Assembly: GCA_963744995.1 (NCBI GenBank)
Contig: CAVUWA010000002.1
Location: forward strand, 128,001-192,000
DNA: 64,000 nt
Source of the DNA: Candidatus Eiseniibacteriota bacterium
Lineage (GTDB): Bacteria; Eisenbacteria; RBG-16-71-46
Reading direction: 5' to 3'
The notes under the pieces are model-generated. The model saw only the letters and a list, made by a program, of their open reading frames with translations. It was not told where the DNA came from and made no database searches. Position numbers and translations under genes: made by a program. Each line of letters opens with the position of its first letter. Positions within the stretch are counted from its first letter, which is position 1. Below are positions 29,390 through 39,124 of this stretch, in pieces.

Positions 29390-30067
29390 TCACACCGCCG
29401 CGCCCACCGGGCGCCCGGTGCGGAAGCGGTCAGGAAGCCGCTCCGTCCGTCCAGCAGGCGAGCCGGTCGCTGCGTCGGGATCCCCTGCGTAGGCGCAGGT
29501 TTCGCCGCAGTCCGGCTCGCCGAACGTTTGACAGTCATATGGAAGGGAGGTGGCGGCGATCCGGATGACCGGATCGGCCGAATGCACTCGAGCCCGCGGG
29601 AGGGGCGTGGCTCGTCCGGCGCTCGAGAGGGAGAGCTCGTGCCGGGCGCTCGCGGTGTTCGCGCTGGAGCGCCGCGCGCGGACGGTGGGGGGCGCCCGGC
29701 CTCGCGCACGATCCACCGCGAGGCCCTGGCTGCCGGTGTGCGCTGCGTCGCCGACGCGACCGCACACGCGCCGCCCGGCGGCCGGTCCGCTGCACCGCGT
29801 GGCAAGATGCTTGCCCTGGTGGCTGCGGGTCCGGCGCGACGTCTGCCGCTGCGGGCGCCGGGTCTGCTTCGCCGGATCTTGCCGGCGGTGCGCGCGGTGG
29901 GAACCGGGTGCGCGGGCAGGCGCGGAGTCGGTGCGCCCGCCCTGCGCGGCGCCCGTCGCGATCGCGGCGGAGCCTGCGCCCGGATGCGAAACAGCGGCGT
30001 TCGCGCCCGTCCCGGAGATCAGGACCAGCGCCACCGCCGCTGCCATGGTCACGACCGCTCGTCGCAT
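29390..30067 (-). CDS. Putative exported Arg/His-rich low-complexity protein with an RAPP motif
   Basis: Clean signal peptide MRRAVVTMAAAVALVLISGTGANA-A; RARGRAPP at 29710..29687; the remainder is low complexity. Confidence 0.45.
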   Translation of the reverse strand: MRRAVVTMAAAVALVLISGTGANAAVSHPGAGSAAIATGAAQGGRTDSAPARAPGSHRAHRRQDPAKQTRRPQRQTSRRTRSHQGKHLATRCSGPAAGRRVCGRVGDAAHTGSQGLAVDRARGRAPPTVRARRSSANTASARHELSLSSAGRATPLPRARVHSADPVIRIAATSLPYDCQTFGEPDCGETCAYAGDPDAATGSPAGRTERLPDRFRTGRPVGAAV

Positions 30068-30201
30068 GTGAGTCAGATCCGTCGCTGCAGGGTTTCCCGC
30101 GTCACGCCGGAAGCGCATCCTCCGCGCATCGGCGAACCCGACCTTGCGCCCGGCCGCGCGGCGAATTGCCAAGCGGCGGTCCGCGATCTGTCAGTCGTGG
30201 G

Positions 30202-30763
30202 TCAACCTTCCGAAGCGAGCGGCCGGGCGTTGACCGCGAGGATCGCGTCCGCCCAGAGATCGAGCTGGAGCAAGATCTCGTCGAGGGCACCCATGGAAAA
30301 GGCACCGCGCTCCAGCCAGAGCAGCCCGATGATCCGTCCGTCGACGAGCACTGCTTCCTGACCCCAGAGGTCGTGGGTACGCCGGACCGGATCCCATCCG
30401 ACCACCAGCAGCTGCACGGCGCGACGTCCACGATCCGCCGCGAACGCGACGACCGTGTCCCCGTCGGACTCGCGGAACGGTGATTCGACCGCCGCATGGT
30501 CGCCCCGACGCCAGCGGGCCCAGGTGCGCTGTCGACATGATGTCGACCATGCCTTCCGGCGCAGGGATCACCAGCCCGCGTCCGGCGACCGTGACATGGA
30601 GCGTGTCCGAAGTGCTCGTGGCGTCCAGGCTTGCCGGCGCACGGGGCGCGCCGCAGCCGGCGAGCCACGCCGCTCCCGCCGTCAGCAGCGCCAGCCGGAC
30701 CGCTCGCGGGGCGCCGCCCGCCGGCGCCGCTCGCTTCGGTCGCTGGTCGCGGGGACGGGTCAA
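30202..30763 (-). pseudogene. Frameshifted lipoprotein gene (or sequencing indel)
   Basis: Lipobox LAGC and LVIPAPEGMVDI in one frame; protein-like C-terminus (VQLLVVGW...WADAILAVN) in another; switch near 30500-30540. Confidence 0.5.
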
Positions 30764-31320
30764 CGGGGCCCGAGCCCTGCGTTCGCGACGATCTCCTCCA
30801 TCCGCTGCGCCGTCTGCTCGAGCGCCTCGGAGGTCAGCACCTGGCGGGCCATGGGGAAGAGGATCTGTTCTTCCTTGCCGAAGTGAGCGTCCACCAGCGC
30901 CAGGATCTCCTCCGCGATTCCGCGAAGCTGCCCGGTGCCGGAGACGCCGGCCGGCAGGCTTCGCAGCGCCTCTCCGCGGGCCATGATCGCGGGGTGCTCG
31001 ACTTCGTTGAGCTCGCGAAGGGTGCGGCGAAACAACTCGGCTCCGGCGTGGATGTCACGATGCTCCTGACGCATGACCGCGGTCGGGCCGCCGGCCGAAT
31101 CGAGCGCCCGCTCGATCTCCGGGAACAGCGCCTCGTCTTCCTGGCGCGCGTGCAGCAGCAGGGTGGTGGCCATCATCTGCCCCGCGTCCTGCAGCACGGG
31201 CAGGATCCGCGAGAGATCTGCGCCCTCCCCGTGCAGTTCCTCCACGGCCCGCCGCAGGGGCGCCAGCCGGGTCATGATGGCGCGGTGCTCCTCGAGCAGA
31301 TGATCGATGGGATCACGCAT
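30760..31320 (-). CDS. Hemerythrin/HHE-domain protein
   Basis: EEHR, HARQEDEALFP, QEHRDI, HFGKEEQILFP; AAGGAG RBS. Confidence 0.9.
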   Translation of the reverse strand: MRDPIDHLLEEHRAIMTRLAPLRRAVEELHGEGADLSRILPVLQDAGQMMATTLLLHARQEDEALFPEIERALDSAGGPTAVMRQEHRDIHAGAELFRRTLRELNEVEHPAIMARGEALRSLPAGVSGTGQLRGIAEEILALVDAHFGKEEQILFPMARQVLTSEALEQTAQRMEEIVANAGLGPR

Positions 31321-31394
31321 GGCCGTCTCCTTCCGTGGGGGATTGCCCTGACGCCCGCCCGGGCCTCGCGCCCCGGAGCCGGCCGGTTCGGGGC

Positions 31395-31568
31395 CTAGCT
31401 GCGGAAGAATACCCCGAGATCGTAGGGCCAGATGATGAGCGCGAGGAGCCCTTTCCAGAACGTGAGCTTCAGGTAGCCGATCGTGAACAGCCACCCCATG
31501 AGCCACAGCGGGCCGATGACGGCGCCGCCGTCGCGATGGCGGTGGATGATCTTCGTCTGGTCGGACAT
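31395..31568 (-). CDS. Small membrane protein (57 aa, absent from the ORF track)
   Basis: AAGGAGGG RBS; MSDQTKIIHRHRDGGAVIGPLWLMGWLFTIGYLKLTFWKGLLALIIWPYDLGVFFRS. Confidence 0.8.
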   Translation of the reverse strand: MSDQTKIIHRHRDGGAVIGPLWLMGWLFTIGYLKLTFWKGLLALIIWPYDLGVFFRS

Positions 31569-31637
31569 GGTCCCTCCTTCAGCAGCAGCCCGTCGCCCGG
31601 CCGGCCGCGCCGCCGGGTCGGGACGAAGTCGTCGTAC

Positions 31638-32713
31638 TCAATACGGCGTCATGCGGTACGAGCCACCCGCCGCCGCCGATCAGGCCCTCGGAGTACCAGA
31701 CATGCGTGCCCTCGACGGCGAGCCCCGAGGGCAGACCGGCCGGATCATGGCTCGGCAGATCGCGCATCGCCAGGACCGTACCGTCGACGTCCACCTCATA
31801 GAGCCGCCGCAGGTGCCAGCCGAGCGTCCAGAAGTGCGACCCGTCGAAATCCAGGAACACGGCGTCCGGAATCTGGAGATGGATGCTGTCCTGCACGGCG
31901 CCCGCGGCGTCGAAGCGAATCAGCGCGACGGGGTCGTTGCGCAGCGACCAGCCGCTGGTTCCGTCGTGCGCGAGCCCGACCGGGCGGTGGCCCACCCGCA
32001 GCGAGTCTCCGGTCCGCCCCGACGCGTCGAAGCCGAGCACGTCGGCGATGTTCTGACTCCCGCCGGGCCCGGTGACGGTGATCGGGTAGGTGCCCCACAT
32101 CTCGGTGCCGTCGAACATCAGCGCGGTGCTGGTCCAGGTTCCGCCTGGATCGTGCTCGACGTCGACGCTGCCGACGACGGCGCCGTCGTCGGGAGTCATG
32201 AGCACGTAGCCGTCGGCGGGCGTGCTGAGCCACAGCAGGCTCCCGTCGATATTCCATCGCGATGACGGAGAGCAGTGCGCTCTGGTGCGAGGCGTCCAAC
32301 GCGATCCCGCGTCGCTCCAGCACCCGGCTCGAGAACGTCGCGTCGAGCCCGCCGGGCGTGTACGTCAGCGTTCCCGCGAGGCTTCCGTCGGGGAGCACGC
32401 CCGCGCGCAACGAAAGATCGGACGGACTCGACGAGTGCGCGGGATCGAGGCTCAGGAACAGCGAGTCAGCGGTCATGGTCCCGGTCACCCGCAGCGCACC
32501 GGCGGCGCCCGATCCGAACAGGACCGACCCGGACACGGCCGTGTCGAGCCGCACCAGGTCGAGGATCACGTCACCGGGTGCGGGGGCACCGGCGTAGGCG
32601 CCGATCCACGCCAGGTATTCGGGCGGAACGAGGTGATCTATCCCGATCCCGGTGTGCTTGCTGCATCCGGTCGTGACCAGACAGCCAACGACGAACAATT
32701 GGAAGAGACGCAT
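31638..32713 (-). pseudogene. Lipoprotein with beta-propeller-like C-terminus, broken by frameshift(s)
   Basis: Lipobox TTGC; frame changes at MEY/DGSLLWL (~32250) into xDGxxxW repeats; possible second shift near 31660. Confidence 0.6.
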
Positions 32714-32859
32714 GGTCCGCACTCTCCACGGTTCCGGACGGGGCCGGGGCAGGGGAGCAGAGCGCGTGTGGCGAACGACGTCCCCATTCTACCCCGCCGG
32801 CCGCCCTGCGGGTCCAGCCATGCAGGGCGCCCGGGGCGGGCGGAGCGGCCCGCTCCGGC

Positions 32860-33027
32860 CTAGTGCTGGATCTGGATCACCGGGCTGTCGGGGGGAATCA
32901 GGTAGCCCGTACGCGCCTCGTAGATCCCGAGCCCGATGCGCAGGGCGAGCAGTATCGCGGCGAGCGCGATCAGCCACCGCGGGGTGCGGCGCGTCGAGCC
33001 GGCGCCGTGGATCTCAGCCGGAGGCAT
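32860..33027 (-). CDS. Small single-TM protein (55 aa)
   Basis: MPPAEIHGAGSTRRTPRWLIALAAILLALRIGLGIYEART...; start overlaps the end of the permease gene. Confidence 0.55.
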   Translation of the reverse strand: MPPAEIHGAGSTRRTPRWLIALAAILLALRIGLGIYEARTGYLIPPDSPVIQIQH

Positions 33028-33724
33028 AGGACAGCTCCCTGCGGTTCATGACCCACACGGCCACCGCGAGGCAGATGACCACCGTCGAGACGAACGAGGT
33101 GATCTCGAACCACGACGGCGACGTGGACTGGCTCAGCCGCGCCAGGTCGAGGCCGGGCGAGAGGAACCGCCCGAGCTCCTCGCCGGTGTGCCGCGCCCAG
33201 GCAGTGCCGGAGATCTGACCGCCGAGGCCGATCGCGCCGGCGACGATGCTGGCGAGCAGGTACAGGCCCAGGTCGCCGAAGCCGCCGATCAACGACGAGA
33301 ACAGCGTGAGCACCGACACGATGCCGATCGCAGCCAGCAGCTGCGTGCCGCCGAAGACCAGCACGGCGTTCAACTCCATGGGCATGCCGCGCGCCTCGAG
33401 GATCAGCGCGCCGCACGACACCTGCACCACGCTCAGCGCGGCGGCGAACATCAGGCAGCCGAGCCAGCGGCTCACGACGTAGCTCATCCGCGTCACCGGC
33501 CGCGCGAACAGCAGCTGCAGCACGCCGGCCGAGAGATCCTGGCCGATCAGCCCCGCGCCGATCACCAGCCCGAACTTGAAGCCGTTGTCGAGGCTCGCCA
33601 TGCCGGTCATCGGCAGGAACCAGAGTCCGAGGAGCGGCAGGAAGAAGCCGGCACCGACGAGCGCCATGCGCACCGGACTCTTCAGCCGCTGCATGATCGT
33701 GGTCATGACGAGCGTGCGGTTCAC
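33014..33724 (-). CDS. ABC-2 type transporter permease
   Basis: IGQDLSAGVLQLLFARPVTRMSYVVSRW; multiple TM helices; C-terminal MNRRELSY. Confidence 0.85.
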   Translation of the reverse strand: MNRTLVMTTIMQRLKSPVRMALVGAGFFLPLLGLWFLPMTGMASLDNGFKFGLVIGAGLIGQDLSAGVLQLLFARPVTRMSYVVSRWLGCLMFAAALSVVQVSCGALILEARGMPMELNAVLVFGGTQLLAAIGIVSVLTLFSSLIGGFGDLGLYLLASIVAGAIGLGGQISGTAWARHTGEELGRFLSPGLDLARLSQSTSPSWFEITSFVSTVVICLAVAVWVMNRRELSYASG

Positions 33725-33776
33725 GATCTCTCTCCCCGGTTTCGCCTGGGCCCGGCGCGGCGCGCGGCGGGCGGCC

Positions 33777-34763
33777 TCACGACGCGCCTCCCGCGTCCGG
33801 CGGCATGTAGGAAGAAGCGGGCGAGCCCGTGTTCGCGGCCTCGGGTTCCATGAACAGCCGCTCGAGACGGCTTTCTTCCGCGGTGACCTCGGCGACCTCG
33901 ATGCCCGCGCGCACCAGCTCGGCCACCAGTCGCGCGGCGCCGGCGTCGTCGGCGACGTCGAAGCTCGCGGCGGTGGTGTCGTGCTGGCGCGGTGTCGCGC
34001 CGGCACGTGCCGCGGCGGCGGCCAGCGCTTCGGGGCCCGCCGCGCGACCTGCGACCCAGCGCACGCGCACGACGCGTGCATGCTGCGCGCCGGCGGCGAC
34101 GGTTTCGATCGCCTCGACGCGGCCGTTCTTCACGAACGCCACGCGGTCACACACGCGCTCGACCTGATCGAGCTGATGCGAGTTCAGGACCAGCGTCACG
34201 CCCTGCTGCTTGAGCTCGCCGAGCAGGCGCCGGAACAGCAGCACGCCGGCCGGGTCCACGCCCGATGCGGGTTCGTCGAGGAACACGTACTGCGGCGAGC
34301 CGAGCAGCGCCTGCGCGAGCCCCAGCCGCTGCAGCATGCCGCGCGAGAACTTCGCAATCGGTCGCCCCGCGGCATCGGCGTCGAGCCCCACGCGCTGGAG
34401 CGCGGCATCGGCATCGTCGGCGCGCCGCGCGTCGGGCAGCCGCGCGAGCGCGTGGTGGTAGTGCAGGAACTGCCGCCCCGTCATCCACCGGTCCATCACC
34501 AGCCGTTCGGGCAGGTAGCCGGTGCGGCCGCGTATCGCGAGATCGTCGGGCTCGAGCCCGTCGATGGTCACGCGCCCGGTGTCGGGCGTGAGGAACCCGA
34601 GCAGGCAGCCGAGGAACGTGGTCTTGCCGGCGCCATTGGGGCCGATGATCCCGAGCGCTTCGCCGGGCGCGACGGTCATGGACACGCCGTCCAGCGCGCG
34701 CACCTGTCCGCCGAAGCGCTTCCTGTAGCTCTTGGAGAGATTTTCCACCTGGATACCGGTCAT
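33777..34763 (-). CDS. ABC transporter ATP-binding protein
   Basis: Walker A GPNGAGKTT, signature FSRGM, Walker B VFLDEP, SH switch. Confidence 0.93.
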   Translation of the reverse strand: MTGIQVENLSKSYRKRFGGQVRALDGVSMTVAPGEALGIIGPNGAGKTTFLGCLLGFLTPDTGRVTIDGLEPDDLAIRGRTGYLPERLVMDRWMTGRQFLHYHHALARLPDARRADDADAALQRVGLDADAAGRPIAKFSRGMLQRLGLAQALLGSPQYVFLDEPASGVDPAGVLLFRRLLGELKQQGVTLVLNSHQLDQVERVCDRVAFVKNGRVEAIETVAAGAQHARVVRVRWVAGRAAGPEALAAAAARAGATPRQHDTTAASFDVADDAGAARLVAELVRAGIEVAEVTAEESRLERLFMEPEAANTGSPASSYMPPDAGGAS

Positions 34764-34843
34764 GCGGGACTCCCCTGCGTCTTCATGACCCACCTACGGC
34801 CCCCGCTCCGCGAATGTTGCGAGCCCGGGCCGGGCGCCGGCGT

Positions 34844-35719
34844 TCAGCGTGCGACCGTCGCCGCCGGAATGGACTGGACGTACTGCCAGACCGCCGCCAG
34901 CTCGTCGTCGGTCATGTAGCCGAGCGCGGTCCACGGCATGCGATCCGCGTCGAGCTCGCGCCCGTCGGGCGTGCGGCCCTCGCGCATCGCGGTGCGGAAA
35001 TCGTCGAACGTCCAGCCGCGGGTCGTCCCCGCGCCGGTGACGTCGGGTCCGCCGAAGCTGGGGTCGGCCACGCCGTGGAGCTCGGGGCCGTGGCAGGTGC
35101 GGCAGGTCATGGCGAGGTAGCGGCCGTATTCGACGTCCACTTCGCGCACCGGCTCGGCCGGATGCTGCGCGTGATCCACGTGTTCGGCTTCGATCGGCAG
35201 CACGCCGGCGCCGATCAGCATGCGTGCGATCGGACGCACTTCCGTCTTCGGCAGCTCGTGCGTGGCCGGCGGCAGCCGGGTCGCGTAGGCGATCATCCGG
35301 CTCACGTCGCTGTCGGCGAGATGCTGGTACTCGAGTGCCGGCATGATCAGGATCGGCCGCCCGTCCCGGTGGATCCCGTGCCGTATCGCGCGCACCCAGT
35401 CGGCGGGGGTGAAGCCGGTGGTCGCGCTGGTCTTCCCCGGGCCGAGTTGCGGCGCGATCACCCGCGCGAAGTTCGGCGCGTCGATCATCACGCGGCCCTC
35501 GAGATCGGCGCCGTGACAGGCGACACACGCGAACACCTTCGTCAGCCGGCCGCCCTCGGCGATGGATGCCGAGTCCGACGGCACCTCGATCGAGGCGACC
35601 TGCACGTGGAAGCGGTGCTCGATCCTGCGCCCGCCGTTCCACCACACGATGGCGAGCAGCACGATCACCACGACGACGAGTCCGCCGACGATCGCGGCGG
35701 CGATGCGCAGGAATCTCAT
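34844..35719 (-). CDS. Membrane-anchored diheme cytochrome c
   Basis: N-terminal TM; CVACH and CRTCH; MP axial-ligand motifs. Confidence 0.88.
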   Translation of the reverse strand: MRFLRIAAAIVGGLVVVVIVLLAIVWWNGGRRIEHRFHVQVASIEVPSDSASIAEGGRLTKVFACVACHGADLEGRVMIDAPNFARVIAPQLGPGKTSATTGFTPADWVRAIRHGIHRDGRPILIMPALEYQHLADSDVSRMIAYATRLPPATHELPKTEVRPIARMLIGAGVLPIEAEHVDHAQHPAEPVREVDVEYGRYLAMTCRTCHGPELHGVADPSFGGPDVTGAGTTRGWTFDDFRTAMREGRTPDGRELDADRMPWTALGYMTDDELAAVWQYVQSIPAATVAR

Positions 35720-35772
35720 GAAGGATTCTCCAGCAGGGAACGCGGCGCGGGGCGGCGCCGTTGCACCCAATG

Positions 35773-35800
35773 AAAAGGCCCCGGGAGAACACCGGGGCCC
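35773..35800 (-). terminator. Rho-independent terminator after HU
   Basis: GGCCCCGG/CCGGGGCC stem followed by TTTT on the minus strand. Confidence 0.75.
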
Positions 35801-35822
35801 TTCACGAAACCGCCGGCGCTCT

Positions 35823-36110
35823 CTACTTGAGCGCGAGCTCCTTCATGGCCTTCGCGATGCGGAACTTGAGGACGGTCTTGGCCGGGATCTTGATCGGCTC
35901 GCCCGTCTGCGGGTTGCGGCCCATGCGAGCCTTGCGCTTCACGACGACGAGCTTTCCGACGCCGGGGAACGTGAAGCCCCTGCGCGCTTCCTTCGCGGCG
36001 AGCGTCGCCAGCTCTTCGAGAATCGCGGTGCTCTGCTTCTTCGTGAGCTCGAACTTCGTCGCGATGTGGCCCGCGATCTGCGACTTCGTCATCATCTTGG
36101 CCTTGGCCAT
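35823..36110 (-). CDS. hup: HU family DNA-binding protein
   Basis: MTKSQI, FPGVGKL, RKARMGRNPQTGEPIKIPAK. Confidence 0.93.
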   Translation of the reverse strand: MAKAKMMTKSQIAGHIATKFELTKKQSTAILEELATLAAKEARRGFTFPGVGKLVVVKRKARMGRNPQTGEPIKIPAKTVLKFRIAKAMKELALK

Positions 36111-36323
36111 TGGGTGATCCTTCCTTGGGCTGGATGTGAACAGCGGCTCGAAATCTTGGCGGCGCCAATGGGCGCCGTTGCCGCGTGTGGGTATATCAAG
36201 TGCAACCGCGGTTTCAAAGGCTTTTCTTGGCCCCGGGGGCGTTTCGACCTTGATTCATGCGGGCGAAACGGCATGCAACATCCGGGCCGCGTCTCGCGCG
36301 GTCGAAACGATCCTCCATGAAGC

Positions 36324-36360
36324 ACGACGCCCCGGCCGGGAGAACCGGTCGGGGCGTCGT
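36324..36360 (-). terminator. Long stem-loop after the beta-propeller gene
   Basis: ACGACGCCCCGGCCGG / CCGGTCGGGGCGTCGT, 15 bp after the stop. Confidence 0.55.
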
Positions 36361-36374
36361 CGCCGGAGGCATTC

Positions 36375-38978
36375 TCACTCGATCCGAACGAGTCTCGATG
36401 TCGCGACCGCACCCTCGCCGCTCGCCCGCACGAAGTACATCCCGGCACCGAGCGGACGTCCGGCATCGTCGGTTCCGTTCCACTCGAAGGCGTGATCTCC
36501 GGGTGCGAACGTGCCGCGTGCGAGCGCACGCACCCGCCGTCCCATCGCATCGTAGATGTCGATGCGAACGGCGGTTGCGCTGGAAACTTCCAGCGAAAGG
36601 TGCGCGACGCCGCGGCTCGGGTTGGGGCGTGGCGCGGCGAGCGCAAGGCGCCGGGGAGCGGTCTGCGGTTCGACCGCGACCGGCAGGCTGGTGAGGTCGA
36701 GCCGCCACTGCGAGCGGCCGTGCGTCGCCGCGACCAGCGTTCGGGATCCTTCATGAAGCGTCAGATCGAAGATGGTCTGCAGCGGCATCCCGATTCCGAG
36801 GGGGTACCAGCCGGCGCCCAGGTTCCGGGTCGCGAACATGCCGACGTCGGTCCCCAGGTAGAGCGTGTTCGGGTCGTCCGGGTCCACCAGGATGTCGTTC
36901 GCCGGGGCGTCCGGCAGGTTTCCGGCGATGGAAGTCCAGGTGTCGCCGAGGTTCGTGCTGCGGTGGACGTGGGCCATGGGTTCATCCATGCCGAACCCCG
37001 AATGCGTCACGTAAACCACGTTGCTGTCCGCCGGATCGGCGGTGACCCGGGTGACGTAGCGCACCGGCAGGCCGGCCGAGATGTCCTCCCAGCTCGATCC
37101 GGCGTCGCGCGAACGCCACACCTTGCCGTCGTCGGTGCCGGCGAAGTAGATGCGCGGGCTGACCGGCGAGATCGCCAGCGTGGTGATGGTCCCGTAGAGC
37201 AGCTCGGTCGGCGGATTCGTGGTCAGGTCGCCGCTCACGATCGAATAGCTGACGCCGTTGTTCGTACTCTTGTAGACCCGCTGGCTGCCGACCAGCACGA
37301 CGTTGTGGTTGCCCGGATCCATGACGAACGGGGTGGACCAGTTGAACCGATCCGAGCCGACGATCCCGCCCGGAGCGGCGAAGCTGCTCCCGCCGTTCAC
37401 CGAGCGCCGCGGCCCGGTGTTGCTGCAGCAGAACTGATACTCGGCCAGGATGACGTTCGGGTTGGTCGGGTCGATCAGGCAGTAGAAGCCGTCGCCGCCG
37501 AGGATCGGGCTCCATGCCGTGGGCGAGCCGCCGGTGATCAGCGTGTTGTTGTCCTGCGTGCCGCCGACCAGGCGCGCGGGATTCGACGGATCGATGTCCG
37601 CGGCGTAGAACTGCGTGATCGGCAGGTCCACCGACTTGCTCCAGCTCGAGCCGCCATTCACCGAGGAATAGAAGCCGCCGTCGTTGCCGAGGTAGATCCG
37701 CGACGGGTTCGTGGGATCGAACCAGATCGCATGCTGGTCGGGGTGAGCGGCGCCGCTGAAGTTCGAGAACGTCTGCCCGCCGTCGGTCGAGCGCGCGATG
37801 GTGACCCCCATGGCCCACACCTGGTCCGAGATGAACGGATTCACGCCGATCGCACCGAAGTACCAGGAGAAGCCGCCGAAGATCCCGGTGAAGCCGGACA
37901 CGTCGCGGCGCGCCCAGGTCTCGCCGCCGTCCTCGGTGCGGTACATGCCGAGCCCGGCGTAGCCGAGGGCCGCGCCGGTGACGATCTGCGCGTAGACGAT
38001 CGAGGGGTTCGAGTTCGCGATCGCGAGACCGATGCGGCCGACGTCGTCGGACGGCGCCGGCAGTCCGGTCTGCAGCCGGGTCCAGGTCTCGCCGTGGTCC
38101 GCACTCCGCCAGATCCCGCAGCCGGGGCCGTACGCGCGGCGGTAGGTCGGCCGCCGCACGCGTTCCCAGGTCGCCGCGTAGAGGGTCTCCGGATGCGCCG
38201 GGTTCACCACCACGTCGGCGACGCCGGTGCTGTCGTTCACGAACAGCACCTGGCTCCAGGTCTGGCCGCCGTCTTCGCTGCGGTAGAGCCCGCGATTGGA
38301 GTCGGTCGAGAACTGCCGTCCCATCGCCGCGACGTAGATTCGGCTCGAGTTCTGCGGATCGATCGCGACCCGCCCGATGCGCGCGGTTGCATCCAGCCCG
38401 AGGTGCGCCCAGCTCAGCGTCGCGTCGTCCCAGCGCCACAGTCCGTTGCCGTCGTAGGAATCCACCGACGAGTTGGCCTCGCCGGTGCCGACGTACACGA
38501 GGTCGGAGTCGTTCGGATCGATCGCCAGCGCGCCGATCGAGAAGAACGGCATATCGTCGCTGATCGCGTTCCAGTTGGCGCCCGAGTTGACGGACCGGAA
38601 CACGCCGCCGTTGGCCGAAGCCAGATAGACGGTCGCCCCGCCCGGCACGGCGTCGAGTGCGGTGACCCGGCCGCCGATGTTGTACGGCCCGGCCTGCGTC
38701 CACACCGGCTGGGCGATGCCGCTGGTGGAGAGCGACGCCGCGGCGCGCTCGGCCAGCGCCTGAGAGGCCGCCTGCCGGAACGTTTCCTGAGGAATGTGGT
38801 CGTAGGGCCATGCGCGCTGCACGCCGAACCAGTCGGTGGGGAACGGACCCTGATGCTGGTCTGCGGAGCGGCTGGAGTCCGCAGCAGGGCGTCGCGCGGG
38901 CTGGAGGGTGATGACTGCGACGGCCGTCGCGGCGAGCGCGACGCCGGTCAAAAGGCCGATCGAGAGCCTCGAACGCAT
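36375..38978 (-). CDS. Secreted BNR/Asp-box (VPS10/sortilin-like) beta-propeller with FlgD-Ig/T9SS-like C-terminal domain
   Basis: Repeated SxDGGxTW boxes; GGTQDN; tail PRPNPS...IYDAMGRRVR...WNG...GMYFVR. Confidence 0.88.
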   Translation of the reverse strand: MRSRLSIGLLTGVALAATAVAVITLQPARRPAADSSRSADQHQGPFPTDWFGVQRAWPYDHIPQETFRQAASQALAERAAASLSTSGIAQPVWTQAGPYNIGGRVTALDAVPGGATVYLASANGGVFRSVNSGANWNAISDDMPFFSIGALAIDPNDSDLVYVGTGEANSSVDSYDGNGLWRWDDATLSWAHLGLDATARIGRVAIDPQNSSRIYVAAMGRQFSTDSNRGLYRSEDGGQTWSQVLFVNDSTGVADVVVNPAHPETLYAATWERVRRPTYRRAYGPGCGIWRSADHGETWTRLQTGLPAPSDDVGRIGLAIANSNPSIVYAQIVTGAALGYAGLGMYRTEDGGETWARRDVSGFTGIFGGFSWYFGAIGVNPFISDQVWAMGVTIARSTDGGQTFSNFSGAAHPDQHAIWFDPTNPSRIYLGNDGGFYSSVNGGSSWSKSVDLPITQFYAADIDPSNPARLVGGTQDNNTLITGGSPTAWSPILGGDGFYCLIDPTNPNVILAEYQFCCSNTGPRRSVNGGSSFAAPGGIVGSDRFNWSTPFVMDPGNHNVVLVGSQRVYKSTNNGVSYSIVSGDLTTNPPTELLYGTITTLAISPVSPRIYFAGTDDGKVWRSRDAGSSWEDISAGLPVRYVTRVTADPADSNVVYVTHSGFGMDEPMAHVHRSTNLGDTWTSIAGNLPDAPANDILVDPDDPNTLYLGTDVGMFATRNLGAGWYPLGIGMPLQTIFDLTLHEGSRTLVAATHGRSQWRLDLTSLPVAVEPQTAPRRLALAAPRPNPSRGVAHLSLEVSSATAVRIDIYDAMGRRVRALARGTFAPGDHAFEWNGTDDAGRPLGAGMYFVRASGEGAVATSRLVRIE

Positions 38979-39124
38979 GCGAACTCCTGATCTGAGGTGT
39001 GCGCGGGATGGACCCGCGCGAGGCTGCGGGAGACCAGAAGTCTACTATATGTAATGGGCCGCGAAGGCTGTTTCCTCGCAATCTCCGTGACTCCACGCAC
39101 CGGCTTCTCTAGATTCCCCGCACC

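Noticed and set aside
36492..38990. 832-aa ORF antisense to the BNR protein (likewise 57231..60035 and 52852..55026)
   Set aside because: Shadow ORFs of well-supported genes on the other strand.
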